A DNA stretch of 64,000 nucleotides from Eledone cirrhosa (GCA_964016885.1 OZ024740.1:266910001-266974000); one strand, 5' to 3'; shown: positions 35,437 through 48,763, numbered from the stretch's first letter. A program made the numbers and translations. Notes: generated by a model not told the origin, from the letters alone.

Positions 35437-37864
35437 ATAAAAGAGAAAACACAGGTAAGTATTAAGAGAAGGATTTTATCCAGGTATTTACGACCGTTTC
35501 ATTGGTAAGTGCAACCTTATATTGCTATACTGCAAATAGCAGCCACTCAATTATAATTGTTGTTCACGTCCAAATTTTCAAAATAGTGAGTAAGTTACTC
35601 TTGAAATAGTTCTTAATATATAGAGAAAAACATTTTTTTGGAATTGTATTTACTAGTATAGAGAGAGAGGAAGAGGAATTAGAAAGTGAGGGGACAAACG
35701 GAATAGTATAGAGAGAGAGGAAGAGGGAGAAGAGTTAGGAAGTAGAGTGACAAACTGGGATGGAGGGAGGGGTAGAGGTGGAAGGATTCCTTGATCAGTT
35801 TTGATACGTAGACTTCATGTCGTCTATTGTAGTGAGTTAAAGAGAATTAAATTGATCATAGTGGGAGGGATGGAGAGAGAGAGAGGGGGGAGATATAAAG
35901 AGATAAATATATATATATAAAATAACGATAAAAATAATAATGATAAAAATAAAAGTAAAGTTGGGGGAGAAAGAAGAAAAGAAAAGATAGCCAAAAAGGG
36001 GAGGGAAGAAAGGAAGAAAACGAAGAAATAGAAGAGGAATGAAGGAGAAGGGAGGGATATAGGTATTGGTTTTTGTGGGTAATTAAAGGGGTTAGATACA
36101 ATAAGAGGGTATAAAGTCTAAGTATATGCAGTTTGTCAGTTGGTAGTAAGAGGTTAAGGGCTCGATTTGCACTTGTAGTGCGAGAACTTCTCTTTAAGTC
36201 TATGGTTACAATAAATTGATATTTCGATTTTATTGTTGAGTAACCTATTCTTCGAACTCAAAGTGTGGAACAGCTCAAGGTCACATAATCGACAGCTTCT
36301 CATACCACTCCGATATGGGGGCGCGTTCGATCATTTTTTCCACTTCAGGGTGTATTGATGGTTACTTTCCCTCAGTTGCCAGGTCTTGTTTGCAAGGGTA
36401 GTTACATAACGATGCTGGGAATGTTCATTGCGTAACGGTGTGTATACCAACGGGCTTTAAATGCATTCTCAGTCACTCCGATGTAATACCATCTCTGGTT
36501 GTCTGATTTCACTGTGCATTGGTAAACCAGGTTAGGCTGCATACATTCATTATGTAATGGACAGGTTTTAGGTAGGTGGCAGTTACAATTCTTGTCATGG
36601 GCAACTTTGGCATTATTTGTGGGCTGCGATGCCTGTACAAGTGTGTTACGTTTTGTTTGCCTATTATTGGGTGGTTGTGTATTAGATATTCTGTTGTGTT
36701 CAATGGTGATTGTATTGTTATTGTTATAAATTTGTGTTCTGGTGTTGTTATGTATCTTTTTAGCGTTAAGCATCTTAATGTGTGCCTCTATATTTGGTGC
36801 CGTGGAGTAAGATAGTCTAATAGATTTAGTGTTAAGGATTTTGCTGTATCTATGTGAATCTGGAAAGTGCTTATTTATTATTCTAAAGAAGGTAGAGGGT
36901 AGGTTAGTACTAATAGAGGTGTTAAATATGGGGTTATACCAAATATATTTTCTACTGCGTGACTTGTTTGATTTCGATGTTGTATTTCTATTTACCGTAT
37001 AATTTGTAGTTCTATGCGTAAATGCGTGTGTGCGTGTGTTTCTGGAGTTTGTGTTATGCGTGTTCGTGTGCGCTTTGCGGAGGCTTTCATCTATATATTC
37101 TACTCTATCTAAGTGGCCTGCCTTGTCTAATGCGGTATTGTAGTATTCTGCATGTTCCTCGAAGATTTGTCGGTTAGACGAGAGGCGGGAGATCCTAAGA
37201 GATATGCTGCGTGGAATGGATTTAATTATGGATAGTGGGTGGTTTGAGTTACAGTTGATGTATGCTAAGTTTTCATTAATCTTGTGAAAAGGTCTTATAA
37301 GTCCTGTATTTAGGTTAAGTGTCGCGTCTAGAAAGTTAATTGTTTTAGTGCTATACTCATACGTTATGCTAGGGCTTAGTTTCCCGAGAGTCTTTCTAAT
37401 ATTCTTACGGAGTCTTTCTATGCTCTGGTTATTTAGGTTCTTAACTAAGAGAAGGGCGTCATCTCTGTAGATTCCACCGTGAAGGTCGCTAAACTCACTC
37501 TGTAAACTATGGGCTATGTAAATACCTACTAAATCTGTGACTTGAGCCGAGTCGTTCGCCCCCATCGTGATGTCAAAGTTATTTAATGTATCCTTACGTT
37601 CCCAATAGGCGTTTTCAAATTTAATTATTGTTTTCCTAGCAGCTAATATGATTTTTAATTCCAAAAAAATGGTTTTCTCTATATATTAAGAACTATTTCA
37701 AGAGTAACTTACTCACTATTTTGAAAATTTGGACGTGAACAACAATTATAATTGAGTGGCTGCTATTTGCAGTATAGCAATATAAGGTTGCACTTACCAA
37801 TGAAACGGTCGTAAATACCTGGATAAAATCCTTCTCTTAATGCTTACCTGTGTTTTCTCTTTTA
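35437..37864 (-). mobile_element. Penelope-like element (Naiad-like), 5'-truncated, with inverted pseudo-LTR
   Basis: ~208-bp inverted repeats at 35437-35645 and 37657-37864 around an RT/GIY-YIG ORF and a purine-rich (plus strand) 3' UTR. Confidence 0.85.
36154..37656 (-). pseudogene. PLE RT + GIY-YIG endonuclease, partial and frameshifted near the C terminus
   Basis: DITMGANDSAQVTDLVG, IYRDD, INFLD, CNC..CPL...C, VY...YIG; continues after frameshifts to CRLCDLE...CNH. Confidence 0.88.
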
Positions 37865-38775
37865 TCTATATATATAAAACTGTGGTTGTCTGTCTGTCTA
37901 TCGATTTTTGGCACACATCTCCTCTTAGAATCTCTCACGGAATTGCACCGAAATTGCTATACTTGTACATTGAGCCCTAGCGAAGACATCGGAAAAAAAA
38001 AAGATTTCAAATTGACCCACCCTATGTGACGAAATAGAATATAATGTATCGATTTTTGAGCGTAAGTGATCAGTTATTTCCCTTTGTTCTGTTTACATTG
38101 AGCGTCTTACGTAAAAAATTACGCTGGCTTTCTCAGCGTTTAAAATGACATTAACACAATAAATTCCATTTAAAAGCATTTTAAAACAATATTTTTACTT
38201 GAAAACAAGTCTATTTAAAGACTACGTAAAAGAAGCAAATATTTCGTAAAAAAAAGCAAAAATTATATAAGTTTATTTAAAATATATGTATCTGTAAATT
38301 TCGTTAGGCGTGCAGACAGACAGTCGTGCAGAGAGGTGATATACGCGTGCAGACAGACAGTCGTGCAGAGAGGTGATATAGGCGTGCAGACAGATAGTCG
38401 TGCAGAGAGGTGATATAGGCGTGCAGACAGACAGTCGTGCAGAGAGGTGATATAGGCGTGCAGACAGACATAACTGATAATTTGGTTACGCTAATGTTTT
38501 TCTCTGCGTTGCAGTGTTTACATTTTCGATCTTTGTTAATAAATAACCAGTGCAGTTTCTATCCCCAGCATCCTCTTTTGTTATAACATTCGGGTTATCG
38601 TTATGTTTTCTTAACTTCATAAGGCATATTGTTGGTTGATGGAATATTAATCAAAAACACCACATGCAAGTCTGCACAGTAGACACTACAGTTTTTAAGC
38701 CAAGAAAGAAACTTAACATTGTAACTTTAACACAGCTACTGAGCGACCCCGAGCAACGCCGGGCTTTACTGCTAG
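37865..38775 (+). mobile_element. Non-autonomous Helitron with internal 37-bp minisatellite
   Basis: A|TCTATATATATAAAA...cccgagcaacgccggg...CTAG|T; ggcgtgcagacagacagtcgtgcagagaggtgatata repeated ~4.5 times at ~38306-38470. Confidence 0.85.
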
Positions 38776-38982
38776 TACTATATATATATATAACGAATTG
38801 TTTGATGTCTAGCGTCTTTTGCAGCGATAGAAGTCTGAAAACTTTTATGACCTCAACTAAAGCTAATAGCAGTCGCCTTGTCTCTGACTGACTGGTGTGT
38901 CTCCATATGAGGGAATGAATTATGTGAGAGAACATCGTTATTTTTTCTCCCTCATATCAAGAATTTGAAGACAATTCATTTT

Positions 38983-39054
38983 CACCTGATGAGATCAGTG
39001 ATAATCGATCATGGCTTCACAATCGATCTATCTCTTATCGAAACATGTTTCGTG
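38983..39054 (+). ncRNA. Degenerate type I hammerhead motif
   Basis: TCAC-CTGATGA-GAT...ATC-GAAAC-ATGT-TTC-GTGA; cleavage-site register is imperfect. Confidence 0.45.
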
Positions 39055-39238
39055 ATTAAATGATTGGAATTTTACCTTGCCTTCGGATTTTCATTTTGAT
39101 ACTTATACTCCGTTTTACATCATCTAGCTGTTCCCTCGAATGGAATTGGAGATATACAAAAGCGTGGAGAACTTAATATTGCTAACATAAAGTTATTGGA
39201 CCATTTTACACAACCAATAATGCACCTTACTATATAAC

Positions 39239-39324
<86 letters not shown>

Positions 39325-39326
<2 letters not shown>

Positions 39327-39570
39327 CAAAGGAATTGTGGTAAGGAACCAGATGGACCATAACGCACCAGAGTACTCAATACTTAGGGTAGTAGAGTGGG
39401 AAATAGGAAAAAGTATGACCCCGACGGCAGAGCTCAAGCCGTTTTGACGGCTATTTCTGGACTAAATTGTATTTAGTCCAGAACGGCTATTTCTGGACTA
39501 ATTGTATTTAGTCCAGAAATAGCCGTCAAAACGGCTTGAGCTCTGCCGTCGGAGTTATACTTTTTCCTAT
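39325..39570. mobile_element. Foldback fragment of a PLE-like short element in (TA)n
   Basis: Inverted arms ataggaaaaagtat...ctggactaa / ttagtccag...atactttttcctat; same family as 44766-44978. Confidence 0.65.
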
Positions 39571-39581
39571 ATATATATATA

Positions 39582-40508
39582 CTAGCATTAAAGCCCGGCG
39601 TTGCTCAGGAAGCAGGAGCTGCACCAGCAGTGACAATTGTAGTTTCCCCTATGGATATTATTTCTGTGCAAAGAAGCGTTGAAATTTATTGTTTCACAGT
39701 ACTTGCGCAACACGCGCGTAGACGATGCCAGCCGAACAACAGAGCTGCGATGGAGTTGTTCTGCATGGTTGTCTAATGTGTGTTTTCTAAATTGAAGACA
39801 GTAGGGAGGGGTGTGATATGGGGAGAGTTAGCTGCTATTTCTAGCAGGTTTAGTGACCTCATAGAGTATATGTTTTCTAAATTTAAGACAGTAGGGAGTG
39901 GTGTGATATGGGGGAGAGTTAGCTGCTGTTTCTAGCAGGTTTAGTGACCTCATAGAGGATATTATTGTGTATAGTAAATGAACTGATATTTCTTTCTTCC
40001 ACGTTCGTTGATAGATGTTTTAAAAAAGATTTATCGCTATTTTTTTTGTTGTTGAATAAATGTATCTGTTGCTTTTGAATAATTGTTATTTCGTATGAAA
40101 TGTAATAAGTTCTCTTTGTCATTGAAGTAAATAAATGTTTGACCGTTCTACACTCAAAAACAAACGTTCCCTCTCTCTCCCTCTCACTCTCTCTCTCTCT
40201 CTCTTAAAGTATGTAAGTTTAATCGTATATAAGAGAAAGTTGCAGCATGCATGTAGTTTTATCGAATTTTAAGGGGAGTAGAGAGAGTAAATCAGATTGT
40301 ATTAGAGGGGTAAAGCGTCATGTATTTAGTTTTATCGATTATTTCCGTAATTGTTGGTGAGTTTGAATGAAATAAATAGTCGTTGACCTAAGTTAGACCA
40401 TTTACAACATACTTTGAGTCCAATCGGTTTGAAATTGTGCAAATGTATAAACATGGAACATCCACACACACACACACACAGCAACAATCTGCCTTTTATA
40501 GATAATGA
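39582..40508 (-). mobile_element. Non-autonomous Helitron
   Basis: Minus strand A|TCATTATCTATAAAA + (GT)n ... gagcaacgccgggc hairpin ... CTAG|T. Confidence 0.75.
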
Positions 40509-40680
40509 TGTATATATATATATATTAATATGTGTAGAAGTAAACACAGTAAACCCGTGTCTAAAATTACGAGGGTAGATTACACCACAAATGTTACATA
40601 TCATTCAACCTGAATCGTATGGGATGTTACAAGATTTCTTACAAGATTTCTCATATATACCATATCAATAACCATTTCAT

Positions 40681-40768
40681 CTCCCGGACAGACTAAAGAT
40701 TTAATCTGTTTCGCCCTGAATGAATCGTGTTTGTAACAAGTAATCCGTAGGCATTTCGTCAGCAGGAG
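40681..40768 (-). ncRNA. Type I hammerhead ribozyme with stable stem III
   Basis: CTCCTG-CTGACGA-aatGCC...GGC-GAA-ACAGATTA-aatctt-TAGTCTGT-C-CGGGAG; 6-bp stem I, 8-bp stem III, GUC site. Confidence 0.75.
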
Positions 40769-40999
40769 ATAAGACTAAATGTTACATAACACCTATAACA
40801 ATAAACTCAGTAAAGTTTACACCTCGTGCGTTGAAAGTCATATGTGGTGCGAGTGGTTATGCTAGAAATAATAGCCTGTTTACACTCATTTTTATAAGCT
40901 CAACAGATAAGGAGCCGAAATACAAATAAAATATAGAGTTATTAACTCATATAGATACCCTGCAATTAACAAGCTCAAAGTATAAGTACTGAGCATTAT

Positions 41000-41187
41000 A
41001 GTGGATTGGCAGTACTGGTAGAGGGTCGGACGCCATGCTTTGACGTATAGAGTTACGGCCCTTGCCATTCTGAGTTCAAATCCCGCCGAGGTTAACTTTG
41101 CCTTTCATCCTTACGGGGTCGATAAAATAAAGTACCAGTAATGCACTGGGTAATTGCTGGCCATGTGCCTTAAGTAGAAACAATTAT
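41000..41187 (+). mobile_element. tRNA-derived SINE copy nested in the hammerhead-bearing element (~40524-41383)
   Basis: Full SINE; flanking pieces are duplicated in direct and inverted orientation (40524-40568 = 41191-41235; 40921-40985 inverted at ~41319-41383). Confidence 0.85.
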
Positions 41188-41379
41188 AATATTAATATGT
41201 GTAGAAGTAAACACAGTAAACCCGTGTCTAAAATTTGTGGTGTAATCTACCCTCGAAATTTTAAACACGGGTTTACTGTGTTTACTTATACACATATTAA
41301 TATTATAATGGTCAGTAATTATACTTTGAGCTTGTTAATTGCAGGGTATCTATATGAGTTAATAACTCTATATTTTATT

Positions 41380-41439
<60 letters not shown>

Positions 41440-42128
41440 ATCAAAAGATGGTTAAAGGAGTTCCATGTATTTTATTATGCGCATTTCAAAAACAAACATC
41501 ATCATGCAATAATATTTGTGTTTTCATCAGATAAAACAGGAGAACATGATATGAAGGCTAAAAAACACTTGTGGATAGTGCAGTTTTAAATCAACATATA
41601 TATATATATAGTTGAAAAGTGGGGTAAAGTTCCATACAACAAAAAAGGTTATAGTTAAAAATGAAGGTGAAAATGCAAGGAAGTATATTTAAAGATTATT
41701 TTCCTTTAATCTGACAGAATGAATAATTTTATGATTGTTGTTTTAGATAATATAATATGAAAAGAGTCTTAACGGTTCGGACGCTAGTACTTCATCAAAA
41801 AATAGAATGAGAAATTAAAGAAAAAATAGAAAGATAGATGAGAGTGAGCAGTGACAGAAATGAAAAATATATTTCTTGAAGGAAAAGTCCGTCTGTGCAG
41901 ATCACCAACACTCTCTCTCTTCCCCCCCTCTCTCTCTATATATATATATACAATGTTTCAATTATATATAATTATATATAATTCTCTGTATGTGCATGAG
42001 TGTGAATAGTATATTAAGATAACATAATGTCATAAATGTCTATTAATATGTCCATTAATGAATTTTGTTTTTCTCTAACAGCTAATGACGATCTCTGACA
42101 AATGTTTCTTTTTTACTTGCTATTTCAG

Positions 42129-42263
42129 GTTGTCTATTTTACAGCATTATTTCCATACTTTCTTCTTTTTATCCTGCTGATACGTGGTCTCACGCTCCCT
42201 GGTGCTATTGATGGCATCAAATACTACATTTATCCAGATATAAGTCGATTAAAAGATTCTCAG
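42129..42263 (+). CDS. slc6a1: GAT1-like transporter, TM5 exon
   Basis: tttcag|...cag|gtttgt; [45 protein letters not shown]; phase 0-0. Confidence 0.93.
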
Positions 42264-42520
42264 GTTTGTTTTATTTCTCTTCAACAACTGTACAGAAATA
42301 TGTTCATTTATGCTTATCCAGACTAGAGGATGACTTCGTCTCTCTGTCTCAATCTCTCTCTCTCTCCCTCTCCCCCCCCTCTCTCTCTCTCTCTCTCTTT
42401 CTCTGTATATATATATATACTTCGAGCGATTAACGGCCTCTAGACTCACCTGATCAATGAAACAATTGTTAATACCTAAAATACCTTGTTGTACAGCCGA
42501 CCATGTTACTCTTCAATCTT

Positions 42521-42647
<127 letters not shown>

Positions 42648-42652
42648 GTATG

Positions 42653-42725
<73 letters not shown>

Positions 42726-42731
<6 letters not shown>

Positions 42732-44205
42732 AAGTAAGTCCTTCATCAGTGACCCTCCAACCGTCCCAGGCATTTCATCGCTTTAAGGGCCATATGCCTC
42801 AGGTTGGTGCGAACAACGGCTAAAAAAAGTCGTTGGGACACGTAAATAAAGGGGACGTTAGGGTAACAAACAAAATGGTTTAAGCAACGGAAAGTGAGAA
42901 GAAATAGACAAGTCCCAGATCTCTATGAATATAAACTCGGTGAAATCGTGAACAAGAGACAAAAGACCATCAAACCTGGTTGAAATGTGAGCAAGGAAGG
43001 AATTTCGCACAGGTCTAACGGGGGGGAAGAAAAAGAAGAAGAAGAAGAAGAAGAAGAAGAAGAAGAAGAAGAAGAAGAAGAAGAAGAAGAAGAAGAAGAA
43101 GAAGAAGAAGGGGGTCTGGTCTACGAATTCGGTAAACATAAGTTTTGTGAAGTCGCAGACGAAAGAGAGAGAGAGAAAAAAATTCCATACCAGCTTGACC
43201 AAGACCGCGCGAGAAAAGAATTACACACAGGTCAAACTTGAAGGAGGAGGAGGAAAGAGGAGGAGGAGAGGTAGTGACAGAGAATGAGTGAGTGAAAGTT
43301 GAGGAGGAGGCTAACAGAGAGAGAGACTGCTAGAAAGTGTAAAAGGTACAAAGAACGAGAAAGGGTAAAAGGTACAAAGAACGAAACAGACGGGTGGCAG
43401 CAGAAGAAAAATTATGTGTAAATATGATAATAATGATGGCTGCGCGTTGCAAATGGTGGTGCATATGAAAAAGTAAGTCCTTCATCGGTGACCCTCCAAC
43501 CGTCCCAGGCATTTCATCGCTTTAAGGGCCATATGCCTCAGGTTGGTGCGAACAACGGCTAAAAAAAGTCGTTGGGACACGTAAATAAAGGGGACGTTAG
43601 GGTAACAAACAAAATGGTTTAAGCAACGGAAAGTGAGAAGAAATAGACAAGTCCCAGATCTCTATGAATATAAACTCGGTGAAATCGTGAACAAGAGACA
43701 AAAGACCATCAAACCTGGTTGAAATGTGAGCAAGGAAGGAATTTCGCACAGGTCTAACGGGGGGGAAGAAAAAGAAGAAGAAGAAGAAGAAGAAGAAGAA
43801 GAAGAAGAAGAAGAAGAAGAAGAAGAAGAAGAAGAAGAAGGGGGTCTGGTCTACGAATTCGGTAAACATAAGTTTTGTGAAGTCGCAGACGAAAGAGAGA
43901 GAGAGAAAAAAATTCCATACCAGCTTGACCAAGACCGCGCGAGAAAAGAATTACACACAGGTCAAACTTGAAGGAGGAGGAGGAAAGAGGAGGAGGAGAG
44001 GTAGTGACAGAGAATGAGTGAGTGAAAGTTGAGGAGGAGGCTAACAGAGAGAGAGACTGCTAGAAAGGGTAAAAGGTACAAAGAACGAGAAAGGGTAAAA
44101 GGTACAAAGAACGAAACAGACGGGTGGCAGCAGAAGAAAAATTATGTGTAAATATGATAATAATGATGGCTGCGCGTTGCAAATGGTGGTGCATATGAAA
44201 AAGTA
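42726..44205. repeat. Tandem dimer of a 739/730-bp unit with internal (GAA)n, embedded in (TA)n
   Basis: atgaaaaagta at 42726, 43465 and 44195; the units are nearly identical except for GAA copy number. Confidence 0.9.
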
Positions 44206-44765
<560 letters not shown>

Positions 44766-44978
44766 ACCAAGGAAGTGTGGCAAGGAACCAGATGGACCAT
44801 AACGCACCAGAGTACTCAATACTTAGGGCAGTAGAGTGGGTAATAGGAAAATGTTCAAGACTCCGACGGCAGAGCTCAAGCAGTTTCGACGGCTATTTCT
44901 GGACTACTATTTTCGGACTAGTCCAGAAATACCCGTCGAAACGGCTTGAGCTCTGCCGTCGGGGTCTTGAACATTTTC
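44766..44978. mobile_element. Foldback fragment of a PLE-like short element (3' half of a hammerhead)
   Basis: GAAAC-GGC-ttgagctct-GCC-GTC-GGGGTC on one arm, mirrored on the other. Confidence 0.65.
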
Positions 44979-45333
44979 ATATATATATATAAACATGAAG
45001 TATAAGTCAACATGTTGATTTATACTTCATGTTTATAAATATACTCCGGAGTAAACAGTCCCACCTGCGCACTTCGTCGAGTGCTCTTTCCTGCATACTT
45101 CAGTGTCGGGGATTAACTACACATACTCTAATTAATATATATATTGATATATATTATTTCCGAAGAAGATGGTATGATTGATCGAACCCGTATATTGTGT
45201 CTGATAGTATACAGTTCTCTAACTGCTATAGATCAGTCAATATATCAATATGATCAACCCTCCGAAACGACCGTAAAACAATGAATGAAATATGTAAAAT
45301 AACTTGCCTATGTTACTAAAAAAATAAAACTAA

Positions 45334-45405
45334 GGTTCCAGCGTGTTTCGAACTCACGATCTTCTGCGTGTTAAGCAGATGTGATAACCACTATACCATG
45401 GAACC
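45334..45405 (-). pseudogene. tRNA-Val(AAC)-like, three substitutions
   Basis: Array consensus body with D-stem, T-stem and variable-loop changes. Confidence 0.75.
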
Positions 45406-45525
45406 AGATAAAGGGCGCCGAACAAATATTGTCTTATCAAACATATTTACATTTGTTTCAATTTAGCGAAACTGAAACAAATGTAAATGTGTTTGATGAG
45501 AATATTTGTTTTAGATCAATCGTCT

Positions 45526-45597
45526 GGTTCCATGGTGTAGTGGTTATCACATCTGCTTTACACGCAGAAGGTCGTGAGTTCGAAACTCGCTGGAACC
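45526..45597 (+). tRNA. tRNA-Val(TAC)
   Basis: GGTTCCA/TGGAACC acceptor, TCTGC-TT-TAC-AC-GCAGA, GTTCGAAAC, downstream T-run. Confidence 0.88.
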
Positions 45598-46853
45598 TTA
45601 GTCTCGCTCTTTTATTTTTTTTTCTCAGTTGTGTTGTATTTGTCAGAATCTCCCATATTTCCTCTATTTATCTCTTCTATAATTTCTATATCCAGTGTTT
45701 TTTACTTTTCTAATGCTGGAACTGCTGACCTAATTTATCAAAAAATACTTGTTGTAGAATAGGTGACGAATTGGCAGTGTCGTTACAACGTCAGATAGAA
45801 TGTTTAAATAAAAAAAGTACCAGTATAGTACTGTGGTCGATTGATTTTTCCTTTCTATGTCTTTCACATTTCCTCTATCCCACTTTCTTTCTCTGAAAGA
45901 AATCTGCTGTTCTCCGACCCGGAGAGGGAAGGGCTCCGCCAGGCCTAAAATATCCAAGAATCGCCGTACGTCAATAGAGCGTCCCTACTACTCTCTCAGG
46001 AGTTACAGGACCATACCATACTTGATGATAAAAATATGTATCCGTTAATATCATAGTACTTACATAGTTAATCAATTGCTTCTAAATTTATACAACTTTC
46101 ACTAAATTGAAAGTAATATGAACGTGTTTAATAAGGCAATATATGATAGGGGGCTACTGTTTGGTTCCATGTTGTACTAAACTAGCAAGATGTCGTGGGT
46201 TCGATATTGACTGCAATCACTCTTATTATACAATTTAAAAAAAAAAAAAAAACTTTTTATTTACATCTAAAGATGGTTACTATTGTTTCGAAAATTTTGA
46301 AATTATTGAAATATACGTTATATAGTTTTAGGATTAAAAATTAAATACATTCCATCCTAGGTTCCAAAATAGAACTCAATTATAGACAGGGTTGCTTAAA
46401 TGTATGCTGAACAACTATATTCATAATTTAGAACTAAACTGATATTTATAAACATATTCAATTTTATAAACTGTCACACTAACTTTTCTGGATTGTACAG
46501 AATATAAATTCCAAAGTCACAAGATACATATAGAATGAAATTAATTAATAAAATGACTGCGTTTGGTTCCATTGAGAAGTGGGTTAAATTCGTGTTTGTT
46601 AGAGGCTCAATTATTTATTCAGGCTACCTAGTCGATAATTTCCATATTCAGTGGCGCATAATATTAATTATAGTTGAATTGATCTGAGCTGTGTCATACA
46701 ACAGTACAAGAATTAGATATTAAATATAAGTAACACCTCATTATCATTAGATGGTTAATCAACTGTTTCTAAATTTCCACATCTTTTTTTAAACAAATTT
46801 AAACAAATGTAAATGTGTTTGATGAGGCAATATTTGTTTTAAAGCAATCGTGT

Positions 46854-46925
46854 GGTTCCATGGTGTAGTGGTTATCACATCTGCTTAACACACAGATGGT
46901 CGTGAATTCGAAACTCGCTGGAACC
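46854..46925 (+). pseudogene. tRNA-Val(AAC)-like, degenerate
   Basis: Anticodon-stem mismatch and altered B box (gaattcg). Confidence 0.75.
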
Positions 46926-47068
46926 TTTGGCTCTCCTCTTCTTTTTCCTATACTTTCAGAAAAAAAAGTAACCATCTTTAGCTGTAAATAAAATATATTT
47001 TTTTCTAAATTAAAATTGTATAATATGTGTGATTGCACAGAATATTGAACACACGGCAATTTGTCTAA

Positions 47069-47140
47069 GGGTCCAGCGAGTTTCAAACTCATGACCGTCT
47101 GGGTGTTAAACAGATGTGATAACAACTACACAATGGAACC
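47069..47140 (-). pseudogene. tRNA-Val-derived pseudogene
   Basis: Multiple stem mismatches; further relics at ~46163 and ~47435-47506. Confidence 0.7.
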
Positions 47141-47903
47141 AGCAAATGGCTTCAAAACAAATATTGGCCTATCAAACACATTTACATTTGTTTCAATTTA
47201 GCGAAAGATGTGGAAATTTAGAAGCAGTTGATTAACCATCTAATTATAATGAGGTGTTACTTATATTTAGTATCTTATGCTGGTAATCATGTATGAAGCA
47301 GGTCAGAACAATTATAGCATAGGTAAATATATACACCACTGTATATTAGAATTATCGATTGGATAGATGGAATAAACATCTGAGCATCTCAGAATCACGA
47401 CACAACAGAACTTAAATTAAATGAAAAAAAATGGGGTTCCACCAATATTCGAACACACGAACATCTGCGTATAAAACAGACGTAATAAACACTACATAAT
47501 GTAACCAATCGCGGTACTTTTTATCGAATAATTTTCTTTTACACATATATTAGGATTTTGAAATATTTTATCTTGACTAATATTTATAAGTATAGTCTAG
47601 ACTTAGAAAAGCTAGTAACCAAAGGGTTGCATCCTAACAAATATTGCCTTATCAAACACGTTTACGTTTCTCCCAATTTAGTGAAAGTTGTATCAGTTTG
47701 GAGTCAGTTGATTAACAATGTAGATACAATGTTATGAATGGTTGCGTCAAGTACTTATGTAAAAGCCAGGTCAGCACAATTCCAACATTGGTAAAATATA
47801 CAGTACTGGATATAGTCTTCTGACTAACTACTCAGAAGAAATATCTGAGATTCTATCAAACACAACACAATATGAAATAGAAGGAAAAAAAGAAGCATAT
47901 AAA

Positions 47904-47975
47904 GGTTCCAGCGAGTTTCGAACTCACGACCTTCTGCGTGTAAAGCAGATGTGATAACCACTACACCATGGAACC
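47904..47975 (-). tRNA. tRNA-Val(TAC)
   Basis: Intact cloverleaf, downstream T-run. Confidence 0.88.
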
Positions 47976-48096
47976 AGATGATTGCTTCGATCAAATATTG
48001 TCTTATCAAACACATTTACATTTGTTTTAATTAAGTAAAATTGAAACAAATATAAATGTGCTTGATGAGGCAATATTTGGTGGACAGCAAGCGTAT

Positions 48097-48168
48097 GGTT
48101 CCATGGTGTAGTGGTTATCACATCTGCTTCACACGCAGAAGGTCGTGAGTTCGAAACTCGCTGGAACC
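48097..48168 (+). tRNA. tRNA-Val(CAC)
   Basis: Same body, loop TT-CAC-AC. Confidence 0.85.
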
Positions 48169-48549
48169 TTACTTTCGCTCTTTTATTTTATTTTCTCAGT
48201 TGTGTTTTATTTGTCAGCATCTCACATATTTCCTATATCTATCTCTTCCATTATTTCTAATCCCGCCGAGGTTGACTTTGCCTTTTATCCTTACGGGGTC
48301 GATGAAATAAAGTACCAGTAATGCAATGGGTAATTGCTGGCCTTGTGCCTAAAGTAGAGACAATTATTTCTATATCCAGTGCTGCTTAGTTTTCCAATGA
48401 TGGAAAACTTTAGCTCTTCTCCCTTTTTTAAAATACTTTAAAAACAAAAGGAAGCATCTTTAGATGTAAATGAAATATTATTTTTTTAAATTAAAATTTA
48501 ATATTAAGTGTGATTATAACGAATATTGAACTCCCGACAATTTGACTGA

Positions 48550-48621
48550 GGTTCCAGTGAATCTGAAACTCATGACCTTCTGTGTGCTAAGCAGACGGGA
48601 TAGCCACTACACTATGGGAGC
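48550..48621 (-). pseudogene. Val-derived tRNA pseudogene with AGC anticodon (repeated at ~50204, 51742, 53292, 54941, 56489, 56693, 59040)
   Basis: Consensus gctcccatagtgtagtggctatcacgtctgc-tt-AGC-ac-acaga...gtttgagac...tggaacc; acceptor mismatches and broken TTCG. Confidence 0.8.
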
Positions 48622-48763
48622 AATTACGGTCCATTTTATCGAATAATTTTCTGTTACAGATATCTTGTTATTTTGAATATTTTTATCTTGACTAATATTT
48701 ATATGTATAGTCTAGACTTAGAAAAGCTAGTAACCAAAGGGTTGCATCCTAACAAATATTGCC

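Noticed and set aside
36329-36331. TGA in the Naiad-like PLE as possible selenocysteine
   Set aside because: It follows an A-run in an already frameshifted C-terminal region, and I found no SECIS.
42082-42128. Alternative acceptor ctaacag upstream of the TM5 exon
   Set aside because: It would add 47 nt and shift the frame.
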